Assembly (NCBI GenBank): GCA_034669905.1
Contig: JAXMOL010000015.1
Location: 64,001 to 128,000, forward strand
Direction of reading: 5' to 3'
Length of the DNA: 64,000 nt
Source of the DNA: Candidatus Hydrogenedentota bacterium
GTDB taxonomy: Bacteria > Hydrogenedentota > Hydrogenedentia > Hydrogenedentales > JAEUWI01
This document shows, piece by piece, positions 18,941-28,177 of the stretch. Position 1 is the first letter of the stretch. Each line of letters opens with the position of its first letter. Both the position numbers and the translations under genes were made by a program. The notes beneath the pieces were generated by a model. The model was not told the DNA's origin. It worked only from the letters and a program-made list of their open reading frames with translations, and did no database searches.

Positions 18941-18990
18941 CCTTCCCTCCGCGCGCACGAAACCTCGTTGTGCACGGCATCGCGTGGCAC
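18941..18990 (-). repeat. 50-bp dispersed intergenic repeat, copy 1
   Basis: Reverse complement GTGCCACGCGATGCCGTGCACAACGAGGTTTCGTGCGCGCGGAGGGAAGG matches 37719..37768 at 44/50 nt. Confidence 0.85.
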
Positions 18991-19103
18991 AAGACGAAGC
19001 GTCGTGGTCGCTATACCCCTGGGATCAAAAAGGCCCTAAATGGGCGAAGATTCATCTCGGACATTTTCCAGGTCATTCGGTTGCCATCTTAAAGATTTGG
19101 GGC

Positions 19104-19194
19104 TTGGGAGCGCAGGCGGCTCGCCTGCATTACGTCGAAGACGTAAGAACTACTTGCCTTCGGCCCGAGGCAGGCGGGCCGCCTGCGCTCCCAA
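19104..19194. repeat. REPIN-like inverted REP doublet
   Basis: TTGGGAGCGCAGGCGGCTCGCCTGC...GCAGGCGGGCCGCCTGCGCTCCCAA; each arm is itself a hairpin (GCAGGCG/CGCCTGC). Confidence 0.8.
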
Positions 19195-19314
19195 ATGTCA
19201 AAGACTTCTTTAATCAATAGTGGCCAAGCCGAACGTCCGTTGGCCTTTTGCAGGCACTTGCAGGCGCTGTCGTAACGAACGAGTTGGATTTGATCGAGGT
19301 CTACCTTCGCTTAT

Positions 19315-22290
19315 TCAGTTGGAAATCCAGACGGCGCCGTAGGGTGGGATTTCGATGGTGGCCTCGATATCCTTGTACACGGTGCCGCTGAGCAGGTCAC
19401 GCCACGTGTCGGTCGCAATGAGGTTAAGCTCCACCATGGGGATTTTTTGCACCCGGTCCGACACGTTGTGGAGGGCAAAAATGTTTTGATGCCGGGAACG
19501 GCTCTCCCGCCAGAAGGCAAAGACTTCGGTGCCGAAGTGAAGGGTGTATTGGGTCGCATTGGGGTGGAAGGCTTCCTGATTGCGCCGAATATTGATACGC
19601 CGCTTGAGTTCGTCCAGCACCGCACGGTGGTGACGGGTGGGATCCGCCAAGGCTTCTTCCAGGTCTTCGGCCTGCCAACGACGCCGATTGATGGAGCGGG
19701 CACGCCCGGTCTCGGCCGCAAGTGCATAGTCATTTTCTGTGCCGAGCAGGCTGTGTATGTAGATGCCGGGCACGCCCTCCAGGGCCAGCAGTATGGTGTG
19801 GGCACAAATAAATCGGTCCTGCTGAAACGCATCAGGTCCCTGTGAAATCGTGCCCTTCAAGGCATCGTAGAGGGAGATGTTCACCTCGTAGGGCTTGTCT
19901 TCCCCATCGGGCATGCGGCGGGTTGAGACCGTACCGCCAAAGGATTGCAGGGTCTCCAGCAGGGAGGACAACTGGGTGTCACTGAGGAGCCCCTCAGCGG
20001 GCCGCACCCCAATGCCATCATGGGACGCGATAAAATTGAAATAGGTTCGGCCCTGCCGTGCCGGGGGCATGGACATCATCCAGGTCTTCAGGTGGGTGCA
20101 GTCCCCCGTCAGAAAAGCGTTCAGCAGCAGCGGCGGCAAGGAAAAATTATAGATCAGGTGGGCTTCATTTTCGTTGCCGAAGTAGCTCAGGTTTTCCCGA
20201 TTGGGCACGTTGGTTTCGGTGATGATCACCGTCTCGGGCTCGAGGTTTTCGAGTATGAGCCGCAGCAGCTTGATGAGCTCATGGGTCTGGCGCAGATGGA
20301 CACAGGTCGTGCCGGACTCTTTCCAGATGAAGGCGACCGCATCCAAGCGGAAAAGCCGGATACCCCGTCGCAAGTGCTTCCGCAGCACCCGCACCATCTC
20401 ATAGAGCACTTCCGGATTCGAGTAGTTCAGGTCGACCTGATCCTCGCCGAAAGTACACCACACCTCCCGCTCGCCATTGACCGTTTTCACCTTGGTGAGC
20501 AAGGGCGTCGAGCGCGGACGCACCACCTGGGTCAAATCGTCGTCTGGCCCGGGCTCGATAAAATAGCCCCGCCCGGGGTCTTTGTCTTGGAGGTAGTTTT
20601 GAAACCATAGGCTCTGTCGAGAACAGTGGTTCAAGACCAGATCGGACATGAGCTTGAAGTCGTTACCAATACGCTCGATGTCTTCCCAGCTGCCCAGGTC
20701 GGGATTCACGGCGTGGTAGTCGATGATAGAAAAGCCGTCGTCCGAGCTATAGGGAAAGAAGGGAAGGACGTGCACGCCACTGAGGGTGTCTTTCAACTCG
20801 CGCCGTAAGAACCGGTGCAGGGTCTTGAGGGGTGCCTCTCCCTCTTTGAGCAACGTATCACCGTAGGTAATGGTCAACACATCCGTCTGATTCCACTTAT
20901 TCACCCCTCCCGTAGAGCTGGTGGCGTAGCCCTGAATCTCGGACTCTTTCAACAGGGTATCGGTAACGGTCTCGACCTGATCCGGGCCGTAGATTTCTTC
21001 CACATGGCGCTCGACCCGCTGGCGAAGCCGTTGGGCGTCGGGGTGGCGCGTGGGATCGGCCACATTGGTGGAACCGAACTCCTGGGCATCGGCCTCCACC
21101 GCACGGACCAACTGTTGGTAAATATCTGGCATTGCCGAGATAACCCGCTTCCAACTCGGCATGAAGGGCGCCTCCATGGACTTCGTCAAAAAGTCCTGGC
21201 CGGCCTCCATAATGTTTTGGGAGAAGAGCTCGATGGCCTGAATCTCACTGTGCCGATCGTAGCGCAGCCCATTGAAAACCGCGTCATTCTCATAGCTCTC
21301 CACCAGGTCGATGGCAATGCGGTAGTAAGACGCCTTGATCGTCCGAATACGTTCGGCGGAAAACACTTCGCCCTGGGTAGCCATCTTCCGGAAGAGCGAC
21401 TTGGCAATATCGCTGCTCATGCGGGACAGGCCTTTGGCCTTGTCTTCCAGCGACAAATCCTGGTGCTTGTGGTCATAGGTGTCGGCCACATCGACCTGAC
21501 AAATCTGGCTGGTGGCATAGTTACGGTACATCTCGGAAAGGATGCCCATTTCCAGGCCCCAGTCGGACGGGATGTGAATATCTTCAATGACGTCGCGCTG
21601 CAGGGCAAATTCACCGGCCAGGGCATAGCGAAAGCTGTCGAGGTAATCGAGGTAACGGTTTTGTCCGCACACCGTACCCAGGGCCCGCACGAGGGGCGTG
21701 ACCAGGAGGCGACAGACCCGCCCATGCATGGACTGATTGGCGATGCGCGAGTAGTAGCCCTTACAGAACTTATAGCTGAAACGGGGATTGGCCACCGGGT
21801 AAATCAGCCGGGCGAGCATGTCGCGCTTATAGGTCACAATATCGCAGTCATGGAGCGCAACGGACTTGGCCTTGCCGGTGGCTAGGATGTAGCCAAACAT
21901 GTACCACACATTACGACCCTTGCCCGGCTCTTTGGGCGCGAGCCCGTGGGATTGGAGCAGTGCATCGATGGCGCGGAGGCGGGGGCCGTCATTCCACAAG
22001 ACCGTGGGACGCTGGGGCAAGCGATTGAAGAATTCGAGGGCATGTCGGAACTGACTCTCGTCGGCGCGGTCGAGTCCGATGACGAGCTGGTCGAGGTAGG
22101 ACACTTTGCACAATTCATCGACAATGGACGAAAGCGCGGGCCCCTCCAACTCGGAGTAGAGCGACGGTAAGATAAGCGCCATGGGGTCGGTCTTTCGAAT
22201 CTCGAGGAGTTCCGTCTCCAGATCTTCGAGGGACCGGGTGTTCAGCTGGTGCAGTGCGGTGACGATACCGTGTTGATGAAAATCCGCCAT
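19315..22290 (-). CDS. Fusion of glucosyl-3-phosphoglycerate synthase (GpgS) and a GH13_18 glucosylglycerate phosphorylase-like domain
   Basis: N-terminal ~405 aa: MADFHQHG, LPSLYSEL, GKGRNVW, LHDCDI, GRVCRLLVTP, YALAGEF, DWGLEMG, YDHKHQ. C-terminal: TYGD, HVLPFFPYSSDDGFS, WCTFGEDQVDLNY, RLDAVAFIWK, ITETN, ASHDGIG, PYEVN. One uninterrupted 991-aa ORF. Confidence 0.88.
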   Translation of the reverse strand: MADFHQHGIVTALHQLNTRSLEDLETELLEIRKTDPMALILPSLYSELEGPALSSIVDELCKVSYLDQLVIGLDRADESQFRHALEFFNRLPQRPTVLWNDGPRLRAIDALLQSHGLAPKEPGKGRNVWYMFGYILATGKAKSVALHDCDIVTYKRDMLARLIYPVANPRFSYKFCKGYYSRIANQSMHGRVCRLLVTPLVRALGTVCGQNRYLDYLDSFRYALAGEFALQRDVIEDIHIPSDWGLEMGILSEMYRNYATSQICQVDVADTYDHKHQDLSLEDKAKGLSRMSSDIAKSLFRKMATQGEVFSAERIRTIKASYYRIAIDLVESYENDAVFNGLRYDRHSEIQAIELFSQNIMEAGQDFLTKSMEAPFMPSWKRVISAMPDIYQQLVRAVEADAQEFGSTNVADPTRHPDAQRLRQRVERHVEEIYGPDQVETVTDTLLKESEIQGYATSSTGGVNKWNQTDVLTITYGDTLLKEGEAPLKTLHRFLRRELKDTLSGVHVLPFFPYSSDDGFSIIDYHAVNPDLGSWEDIERIGNDFKLMSDLVLNHCSRQSLWFQNYLQDKDPGRGYFIEPGPDDDLTQVVRPRSTPLLTKVKTVNGEREVWCTFGEDQVDLNYSNPEVLYEMVRVLRKHLRRGIRLFRLDAVAFIWKESGTTCVHLRQTHELIKLLRLILENLEPETVIITETNVPNRENLSYFGNENEAHLIYNFSLPPLLLNAFLTGDCTHLKTWMMSMPPARQGRTYFNFIASHDGIGVRPAEGLLSDTQLSSLLETLQSFGGTVSTRRMPDGEDKPYEVNISLYDALKGTISQGPDAFQQDRFICAHTILLALEGVPGIYIHSLLGTENDYALAAETGRARSINRRRWQAEDLEEALADPTRHHRAVLDELKRRINIRRNQEAFHPNATQYTLHFGTEVFAFWRESRSRHQNIFALHNVSDRVQKIPMVELNLIATDTWRDLLSGTVYKDIEATIEIPPYGAVWISN

Positions 22291-22302
22291 GGTGATAGGT
22301 TC

Positions 22303-23175
22303 CTAGACATGGTGTTGATACGGCTCAAGGAGTTGCAGCAGGGCCTGATTCCATCCGGTGGGTCCCGGTTCCGACGCGTGAATGATGCGCGGCGCGGTGG
22401 GTGTTAAGCCCGCCGGGTGGCGTGGATTGGGAATGACGACGGCAGTATGGGCCGCCGAGAGCATCTCCAAATCGTTGGGGCTATCGCCCAGGGCCACCAC
22501 GTGCCATTCCATGTCTGGATTCAGTTCCTGATAAAGTTCTACTACCCGTTTTAAACCCATTGCCTTGTCTATGTTGCCCATGAGGTGAATGAATCGGCCA
22601 CCCTTGATCGTGCGGACCCCTTCCGCCTTCAGCTCCGACTCGAAACGCTCCCACAGCGCCTCCTCGTCGTGCCAGAGGATCGGCTCCGTCGCCAGACGGG
22701 CCATGGAATGGGTCGCTTGTGCGACGTTCAATCCGGTGTGTTCAATAACCTGTTCTACCGACCAATCGGCGAAGCCCTCAAACTGATAGCCTTCCCGCTG
22801 ACGGAGTCTATGGGCGTGGTCCACGATGGCTTTCCGCGTCAACCCGTTAAACTCGATGCCGTAGGGCCCCACCTGCTCCGTCCCAAAAGGAGCGGCAGAC
22901 ACATTGGCTTCGGGTGGCACGGCCACGACCGCACCATTTTCCGCGATGAGGGGTGCGTTGGTGCCCAGTTCAGCGGCAATACCCGTCATCTCATCGAGGG
23001 TCTTGCTCGAACTCAAGACCAGGGGAAAACCCAAGGCGGCGAGGAGCCCCAGGGCCGGCCTGGCGGCCTCCCAGGAATAGGCGTCATCGAGCAGGGTGCC
23101 GTCCAGGTCACTGAAGACAAGAAGGCCCGGATGGATGGAAGAAAGGTCTGGTTCCGGTAATACATTCATCGGCAC
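22303..23175 (-). CDS. gpgP: Glucosyl/mannosyl-3-phosphoglycerate phosphatase (HAD-IIB, GpgP/MpgP family)
   Basis: SDLDGTLLD, SSKT, AENG, GGRFIH, DKAMG and GDSPNDLEML; lies directly upstream of the GpgS fusion. Confidence 0.88.
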   Translation of the reverse strand: MPMNVLPEPDLSSIHPGLLVFSDLDGTLLDDAYSWEAARPALGLLAALGFPLVLSSSKTLDEMTGIAAELGTNAPLIAENGAVVAVPPEANVSAAPFGTEQVGPYGIEFNGLTRKAIVDHAHRLRQREGYQFEGFADWSVEQVIEHTGLNVAQATHSMARLATEPILWHDEEALWERFESELKAEGVRTIKGGRFIHLMGNIDKAMGLKRVVELYQELNPDMEWHVVALGDSPNDLEMLSAAHTAVVIPNPRHPAGLTPTAPRIIHASEPGPTGWNQALLQLLEPYQHHV

Positions 23176-23258
23176 TATTGTAGCCGACCGGGCCGGGTGA
23201 AGGGTAACTCGTGGCGGGTAACGGGGTGGTATGCAGTCTGCCCCCCCGCATGCACCAC

Positions 23259-23444
23259 GGGTGCCACCCTCAAGCGGAGGAGGGAAGCGGGGGAAGCTTG
23301 TGGGTGAGAATCATAACTTCACGTCCATCCCCCACATATCACCTTCCGTAGAGTCCAGAAAGACACGTCTACTCACATAACCGCAGTCCACCCCACACTC
23401 ACAAGCTCCCGCCGCAGGGCGGCGCTCGCTTGAGGGTGGCACCC
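23259..23444. repeat. REP doublet (type A 23259-23306 + inverted type B 23396-23444), a non-autonomous REPIN-like unit
   Basis: GGGTGCCACCCTCAAGCG...AGCTTGTGGGTG and its inverted partner CACTCACAAGCT...CGCTTGAGGGTGGCACCC, 89 bp apart. Confidence 0.85.
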
Positions 23445-23535
23445 CGGAGACATGAATAATGGTCGAGCTATGCAATGAGCCAATATGTCTCTAACCAAAA
23501 GACAAACACCTCTTGGCTTCCATCAAAGCAACTGC

Positions 23536-24305
23536 GGGTGCCACCCTCAAGCGGAGGAGCGAAGCGGGGGAAGCTTGTGGGTGCGTGTCTGCACGTCAGC
23601 TCAGTTCCTTCAAAACGGAAAAGAGTCCAAATCCAATCGCAAGAGCCCCGAGCCCGCCTCCTCCCACTCACGGGCACTCGACCACACCCAGTCTTCCGGG
23701 GATACAACCAACTCACGGCGCACAGGATTGTTGTGGATATAGTTCACCATGAATTCCAACGTTTCGGTCTTGAGTACGTTTCGGTCATAGCCCGGCCCGT
23801 CCATCCAGAAGGCATAGGGCGTATCAGGCATTCCGGTGGCGAGCAGTCTTAACCCCTCTGGATTATGGCGACGAAGGTAGTTGATAGCTTTTCGTGCCAC
23901 AGATTGCTTAAAGGATTTTAGTAAGGCCGACATGTCATATTTGTCTGGGCGGGGAAAAACGATTAGATGCACATGCTCGGGCATGATGACGTAGGCCCAA
24001 AGGTCGAAATCGTATTGCTTGGGAAACCTTTTTAGCGCATCAATGACGTATTGGCGGGTCCTGTCTTTGCTGAGGAATTTTCGATACTGGAAGCACGTAA
24101 AGGTAAGCTCGTGTGGCTCACCGGGTGTATTAAAAGTAGTTCTGGTCTTTCGGTGATGTGAGTCGTTCATAGCCTGCCCCTGAATGATAATCTCGCGTGC
24201 TCCAACGCTACCACAATTTTACGTGTGAGAGTATCCAGTGTATCTAGCTCGCTCCACACCCACAAGCTCCCGCCGCGGGGCGGCTCTCGCTTGAGGGTGG
24301 CACCC
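23536..24305 (-). mobile_element. RAYT element (REPtron): transposase flanked by REP type A (23536-23583) and inverted REP type B (24257-24305)
   Basis: The flanks are near-identical to the A and B repeats of the adjacent empty doublet, and they enclose an HUH transposase gene. Confidence 0.8.
23610..24170 (-). CDS. rayT: REP-associated tyrosine transposase (RAYT, Y1 HUH family)
   Basis: HELTFTC, AYVIMPEHVHLI (HUH), SFKQ, catalytic Tyr in NYIHNNPVRR, and WVWSSA. Confidence 0.92.
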   Translation of the reverse strand: MNDSHHRKTRTTFNTPGEPHELTFTCFQYRKFLSKDRTRQYVIDALKRFPKQYDFDLWAYVIMPEHVHLIVFPRPDKYDMSALLKSFKQSVARKAINYLRRHNPEGLRLLATGMPDTPYAFWMDGPGYDRNVLKTETLEFMVNYIHNNPVRRELVVSPEDWVWSSAREWEEAGSGLLRLDLDSFPF

Positions 24306-24408
24306 CAAAGACGTGAAGGATTCAGTTAAGTCATGAAAAGGGCGGTTACCTCGCTGGACGCAGCACTGACTTCCCAAGGTCGCCTATCAAACCAACCACG
24401 GCTACCCT

Positions 24409-24430
24409 GCCGGCGGGCCGCCGGCGCTCC
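24409..24430. repeat. Solo REP related to the 19104-19194 family
   Basis: GCCGGCGGGCCGCCGGCGCTCC versus GCAGGCGGGCCGCCTGCGCTCC: a compensatory A-T to C-G change in the stem. Confidence 0.6.
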
Positions 24431-24464
24431 ATAGGATTGCTCTTGACGACCTCAAGCGTTTCCG

Positions 24465-25514
24465 CTACCCCACGATCTCCCGCAAGGCCGTGAGCAGCTC
24501 GTTGCATTCGTCATCGGTACCGATAGTAATGCGGAGGGCATTCTCCAGGCGGCGGTGGTCGAAATAACGGACCAAAATTCCCCGCTCGCGGAGTTGCTGA
24601 AAAATTTCTTTGGCGGTGGGTGTACCGTTCCAATGGGCCAGCACGAAGTTGGTCTGGGAATCGGGCACGTCGAAGCCGAGGGTAATCAGTTCCTGACGGA
24701 CGCGCTCGCGGGTAACGCAGACGGCCCCGGCATTCATTTCCATGTGGGCGTAGTCGTCCATGGCCATAAGCCCCACCAACTGGCTGATGGCATTCATGTT
24801 GTAGGAGTCTTTGGTCTTGGCGAATTCGGCCATGATGTCGGGGTTGGCGACGGCTGTACCAATACGCATGCCCGCCAGACTGAAGGACTTGGAAAAGGTC
24901 CGCATCACGATGGCATTGTCGAAGCGCTGGGGAAAATCCATACAGCTGTCGTCGGCAAAGTCCACGTAGGCCTCGTCAATGACCACGATACCGTCGAACT
25001 CGGTGCACAGGCGCTCTACCGACTCCCGGGGCACGGCCACGCCGGTGGGGGCATTGGGCCGGGTCAGGAGACACAAACGGGCGGGCGTGTTGTAGAATTC
25101 CTCGGTGAGTTGATAGTCCTCATCGAGGTCCACATAGGTCAACGCACAGCCATGGAGCTGGCAAAGGATTTCATAGAGCGAATAGGTCGGGTAGGTGGCC
25201 AGCACCGCATCGCCGGGATCCACAAAGGTCCGCAACACGAGGGCGAGCAACTCATCCATGCCGTTGCCGATGACGACCCAATCGGGGCTGTCGTAACCAT
25301 AGCGGGCCGCACAGATCTCACGGAGCTGGGTCGACACGGGGTCGGGATATTTCCGCAACCACTCGGGGTCGAATTTCTCAAAGACTTCGGCCACGCGGGG
25401 GGACGGCGGATAGGGATTCTCGTTGGTGTTCAGCTTAATGAGCCGTTGCCCCCGGGGCTGCTCGCCGGGCACATAGCCGTGGACGTCTTTCAAAATATCG
25501 CGGCCATACTTCAC
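24465..25514 (-). CDS. hisC: Histidinol-phosphate aminotransferase
   Basis: YVPGEQP, KLNTNENPYPPSP, PNAPTG, DEAYVDF and RTFSKSFSLAGMRIG (PLP Lys). Confidence 0.95.
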   Translation of the reverse strand: MKYGRDILKDVHGYVPGEQPRGQRLIKLNTNENPYPPSPRVAEVFEKFDPEWLRKYPDPVSTQLREICAARYGYDSPDWVVIGNGMDELLALVLRTFVDPGDAVLATYPTYSLYEILCQLHGCALTYVDLDEDYQLTEEFYNTPARLCLLTRPNAPTGVAVPRESVERLCTEFDGIVVIDEAYVDFADDSCMDFPQRFDNAIVMRTFSKSFSLAGMRIGTAVANPDIMAEFAKTKDSYNMNAISQLVGLMAMDDYAHMEMNAGAVCVTRERVRQELITLGFDVPDSQTNFVLAHWNGTPTAKEIFQQLRERGILVRYFDHRRLENALRITIGTDDECNELLTALREIVG

Positions 25515-26818
25515 GATTGGCGTACCTCAATGGACCGGGCGTGGGCCTGGAGTTCCTCGGCCTCGGCAAATTCACGGATGTCGGCGGCGTCTTTTTCGAG
25601 GCGCTCGCGGGAGTAATACAGCACACTGGTGACCTTGCGGAAATCTTCTGCCGTGAGGGGCGAAGAGAATCGCGCTTTCCGGCCGGTGGGCAGGATGTGA
25701 TTGGGCCCGGCGTAGTAGTCGCCCACGGCCACGGGGGTCATGGGACCGAGCATCATGGCACCGGCGTGTTTGATCTTGTCCACCAGATTGCGGGGATATT
25801 CGACCTGCACACTGAGGTGCTCGGGCGCATAGAGGTTGGTGAGTTCAACCGCTTCTTCCATGGTCCGGGTCTGGATCATAACCCCACAATTCGCGAGGGA
25901 CTGTTCAATAATCGCCTTACGGGGCAACTTGGCCGTCTCTTTCGTGAGACAGGCCGTGACCTCTTCGATGAGGCGCTCGGAGGGGGTAATCAAGACCGCC
26001 GTCGCCTCTTCATCGTGTTCGGCCTGGGCGAGCATTTCGGCCGCCACAAAAGCGGGATTGGCATGGTCATCGGCCAGGACCACCACCTCGGAAGGTCCGG
26101 CTTCACTGTCGATTTCCACGGTGCCCCGCACGAGGGCCTTGGCGGCGGTGACGAAGGTATTGCCCGGACCGGTGATCTTGGTGACTGACGGTATGGTTTC
26201 GGTGCCATAGGCGAGGGCCGCGATGGACTGGGCTCCCCCGACGCGAAAAATTCGTGTGGCACCGGCAATCTTCGCAGCGGCCAGCACGACGGGGTGGATG
26301 GTGCCCTGGTAGGAAGGCGGCGAGACCATGACGATCTCTTTTACGCCGGCCACCCGGGCCGGCACGATATTCATCAAGACGGAGGACGGGTAGAAGGCCT
26401 TGCCACCGGGCACGTAGACGCCGGCACTCTCGATGGCGGTGATGCGTTGCCCTAAGACCGTGCCGTCTTCCTGGGTCTCTTCCCAGGATTCCCGGAGGGA
26501 TTTGCTGTGAAAGCTGCGGATGTTTTCGTGGGCCCGCTCGAGAATCTGACGCATCCGGGGCGCAATAGAGGCCAGGGCCGCATCGATTTCGGCCGGCGTG
26601 ATTTCAAACTGATCGGGCGTCAGGGCCACCCCATCAAAACGCTCGGTAAATTCCGCCAGCGCGGTGTCGCCCTGGGCACGGACCACATCGACGATGCTGC
26701 GCGTTGCATCGAGTTTATCCTGGATATCCTGCCCAACCTGCTGACTGTCGCCGTGCCCCATGACAAAGGTCTTCACCTCCGCCAGGCTGGCGTCATCTCG
26801 CACCACGAATGATTTCAT
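25511..26818 (-). CDS. hisD: Histidinol dehydrogenase
   Basis: GVYVPGGKAFYPSSVLM, GGAQSIAALAYGT, GPGN, AGPSE, QAEHD, APEHL and GDYYAGPNHILPT. Confidence 0.97.
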   Translation of the reverse strand: MKSFVVRDDASLAEVKTFVMGHGDSQQVGQDIQDKLDATRSIVDVVRAQGDTALAEFTERFDGVALTPDQFEITPAEIDAALASIAPRMRQILERAHENIRSFHSKSLRESWEETQEDGTVLGQRITAIESAGVYVPGGKAFYPSSVLMNIVPARVAGVKEIVMVSPPSYQGTIHPVVLAAAKIAGATRIFRVGGAQSIAALAYGTETIPSVTKITGPGNTFVTAAKALVRGTVEIDSEAGPSEVVVLADDHANPAFVAAEMLAQAEHDEEATAVLITPSERLIEEVTACLTKETAKLPRKAIIEQSLANCGVMIQTRTMEEAVELTNLYAPEHLSVQVEYPRNLVDKIKHAGAMMLGPMTPVAVGDYYAGPNHILPTGRKARFSSPLTAEDFRKVTSVLYYSRERLEKDAADIREFAEAEELQAHARSIEVRQS

Positions 26819-26843
26819 GCTTATTCCTGTCCTGGCGGTGCGC

Positions 26844-28097
26844 TTACTCGCGCACCCGTTCTATATCTGCGCCCAGTCCTACCAGGCGCTCTTCAATTCG
26901 TTCATAACCCCGGTCGATGTGATAAACACGAGAAATGGCCGTTTCCCCCTGCTCGGCCATGAGACCGGCAATCACCAGGGCCGCACTGGCGCGCAAGTCG
27001 GAGGCCATGACCGGCGCCCCACTGAGGGCCTTGACGCCACGCACTATCGCCGTGTTGCCATCTACATCGATATCCGCGCCCATGCGCACCAATTCGGGCA
27101 CCTGCATGAATCGGTTCTCGAATACCGTCTCCTTAATTCGGCTGACCCCATTGGCCCGTGTCATCAGCACCATCATCTGGGCCTGCAAATCGGTGGCGAA
27201 TCCGGGAAAGGGTTGGGTGGTAATATCGACCGATTTGATGCCATTGGGGGCGTGGGCCCGAATCTTGTTCCCCTGAATTTCCACTTCGGCACCGGTGGCC
27301 TGTAACTTCTTCAGGAAATTGGGGAAATGCTCCGCCTTGGCGTTCAGCACGGTCACGTCACCGCCGGTGGCAATCCCCGCCGTGAGGAAGGTCCCCGCCT
27401 CGATGCGGTCGGGCATCACAATATGCTCCGCACCGCCCAGGGCATCAACGCCCACAATGGTGATGAGGTCCGTTCCGGCACCGGATATCCGTGCGCCCAT
27501 GGCATTCAGGAAATGGGCCAGATCTTCGATTTCCGGCTCCCGTGCCACGTTGGTGAGGCGGGTCACGCCGTCGGCACGGGTCGCGGCCATCATGAGATTC
27601 TCGGTGGCACCGACGCTCGGGAAATCGAGGGCGTAGTTCACCCCCTTCAATTGCCCTTCGGCGACCACGTAGCCGTCTTCAATGCGTATGGAAGCGCCCA
27701 GGGCCTCCAGGCCTTTCAGATGGATATCCACCGGGCGGGTGCCAATGGCACAGCCCCCGGGCAGGGAAACCCGGCATTTTCCGAAGCGGGCCAGCAACGG
27801 GCCCAGCACGAAAAAGGAAGCGCGCATCTTGCGGACCAATTCATAATGGGCCTCCGCTTTGTGCAGATTCTGGGGTTCCATGGTCATGGAACGGCCCGTA
27901 AAGTCGATGGTCATGCCCATGTCGGCCAGGAGCTTGTCCATGGAGAAAATGTCGTGAAGACAGGGGATGTTGTGGAGTACGCAGGTATCTTCCGCGAGAA
28001 TCGTCGCCGCCATGAGGGGCAGGGCCGCATTCTTGGCACCGCGAATCTGCACACTGCCCTTAAGCGGCTTACCACCGCGAACCAGTATCTTGTCCAC
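26844..28097 (-). CDS. murA: UDP-N-acetylglucosamine 1-carboxyvinyltransferase
   Basis: GAKNAALP, KMRAS, LPGGCAIGTRPVDIH, SVGATEN, DRIEAGT, DLRASAAL and HIDRGY; GTG 28097 gives 417 aa. Confidence 0.97.
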   Translation of the reverse strand: MDKILVRGGKPLKGSVQIRGAKNAALPLMAATILAEDTCVLHNIPCLHDIFSMDKLLADMGMTIDFTGRSMTMEPQNLHKAEAHYELVRKMRASFFVLGPLLARFGKCRVSLPGGCAIGTRPVDIHLKGLEALGASIRIEDGYVVAEGQLKGVNYALDFPSVGATENLMMAATRADGVTRLTNVAREPEIEDLAHFLNAMGARISGAGTDLITIVGVDALGGAEHIVMPDRIEAGTFLTAGIATGGDVTVLNAKAEHFPNFLKKLQATGAEVEIQGNKIRAHAPNGIKSVDITTQPFPGFATDLQAQMMVLMTRANGVSRIKETVFENRFMQVPELVRMGADIDVDGNTAIVRGVKALSGAPVMASDLRASAALVIAGLMAEQGETAISRVYHIDRGYERIEERLVGLGADIERVRE

Positions 28098-28151
28098 CAG
28101 AAATTCCTTCTTTTTCGCAAGTCCGAGGGTGAGGACCCCATTGGGGGACAC

Positions 28152-28177
28152 AAAAAAGGCCCGAAATCGGTCGGGGC
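28152..28177 (-). terminator. Terminator-like hairpin in the murA 5' leader
   Basis: Minus strand GCCCCGA-CCGATT-TCGGGCC-TTTTTT, ~55 nt upstream of the murA start. Confidence 0.5.

Noticed and set aside
23259..23583. Regularly spaced repeats with ~90-bp unique spacers, resembling a CRISPR array
   Set aside because: The repeats alternate in orientation, are ~48 bp with overlong spacers, flank a RAYT gene, and no cas genes are present.
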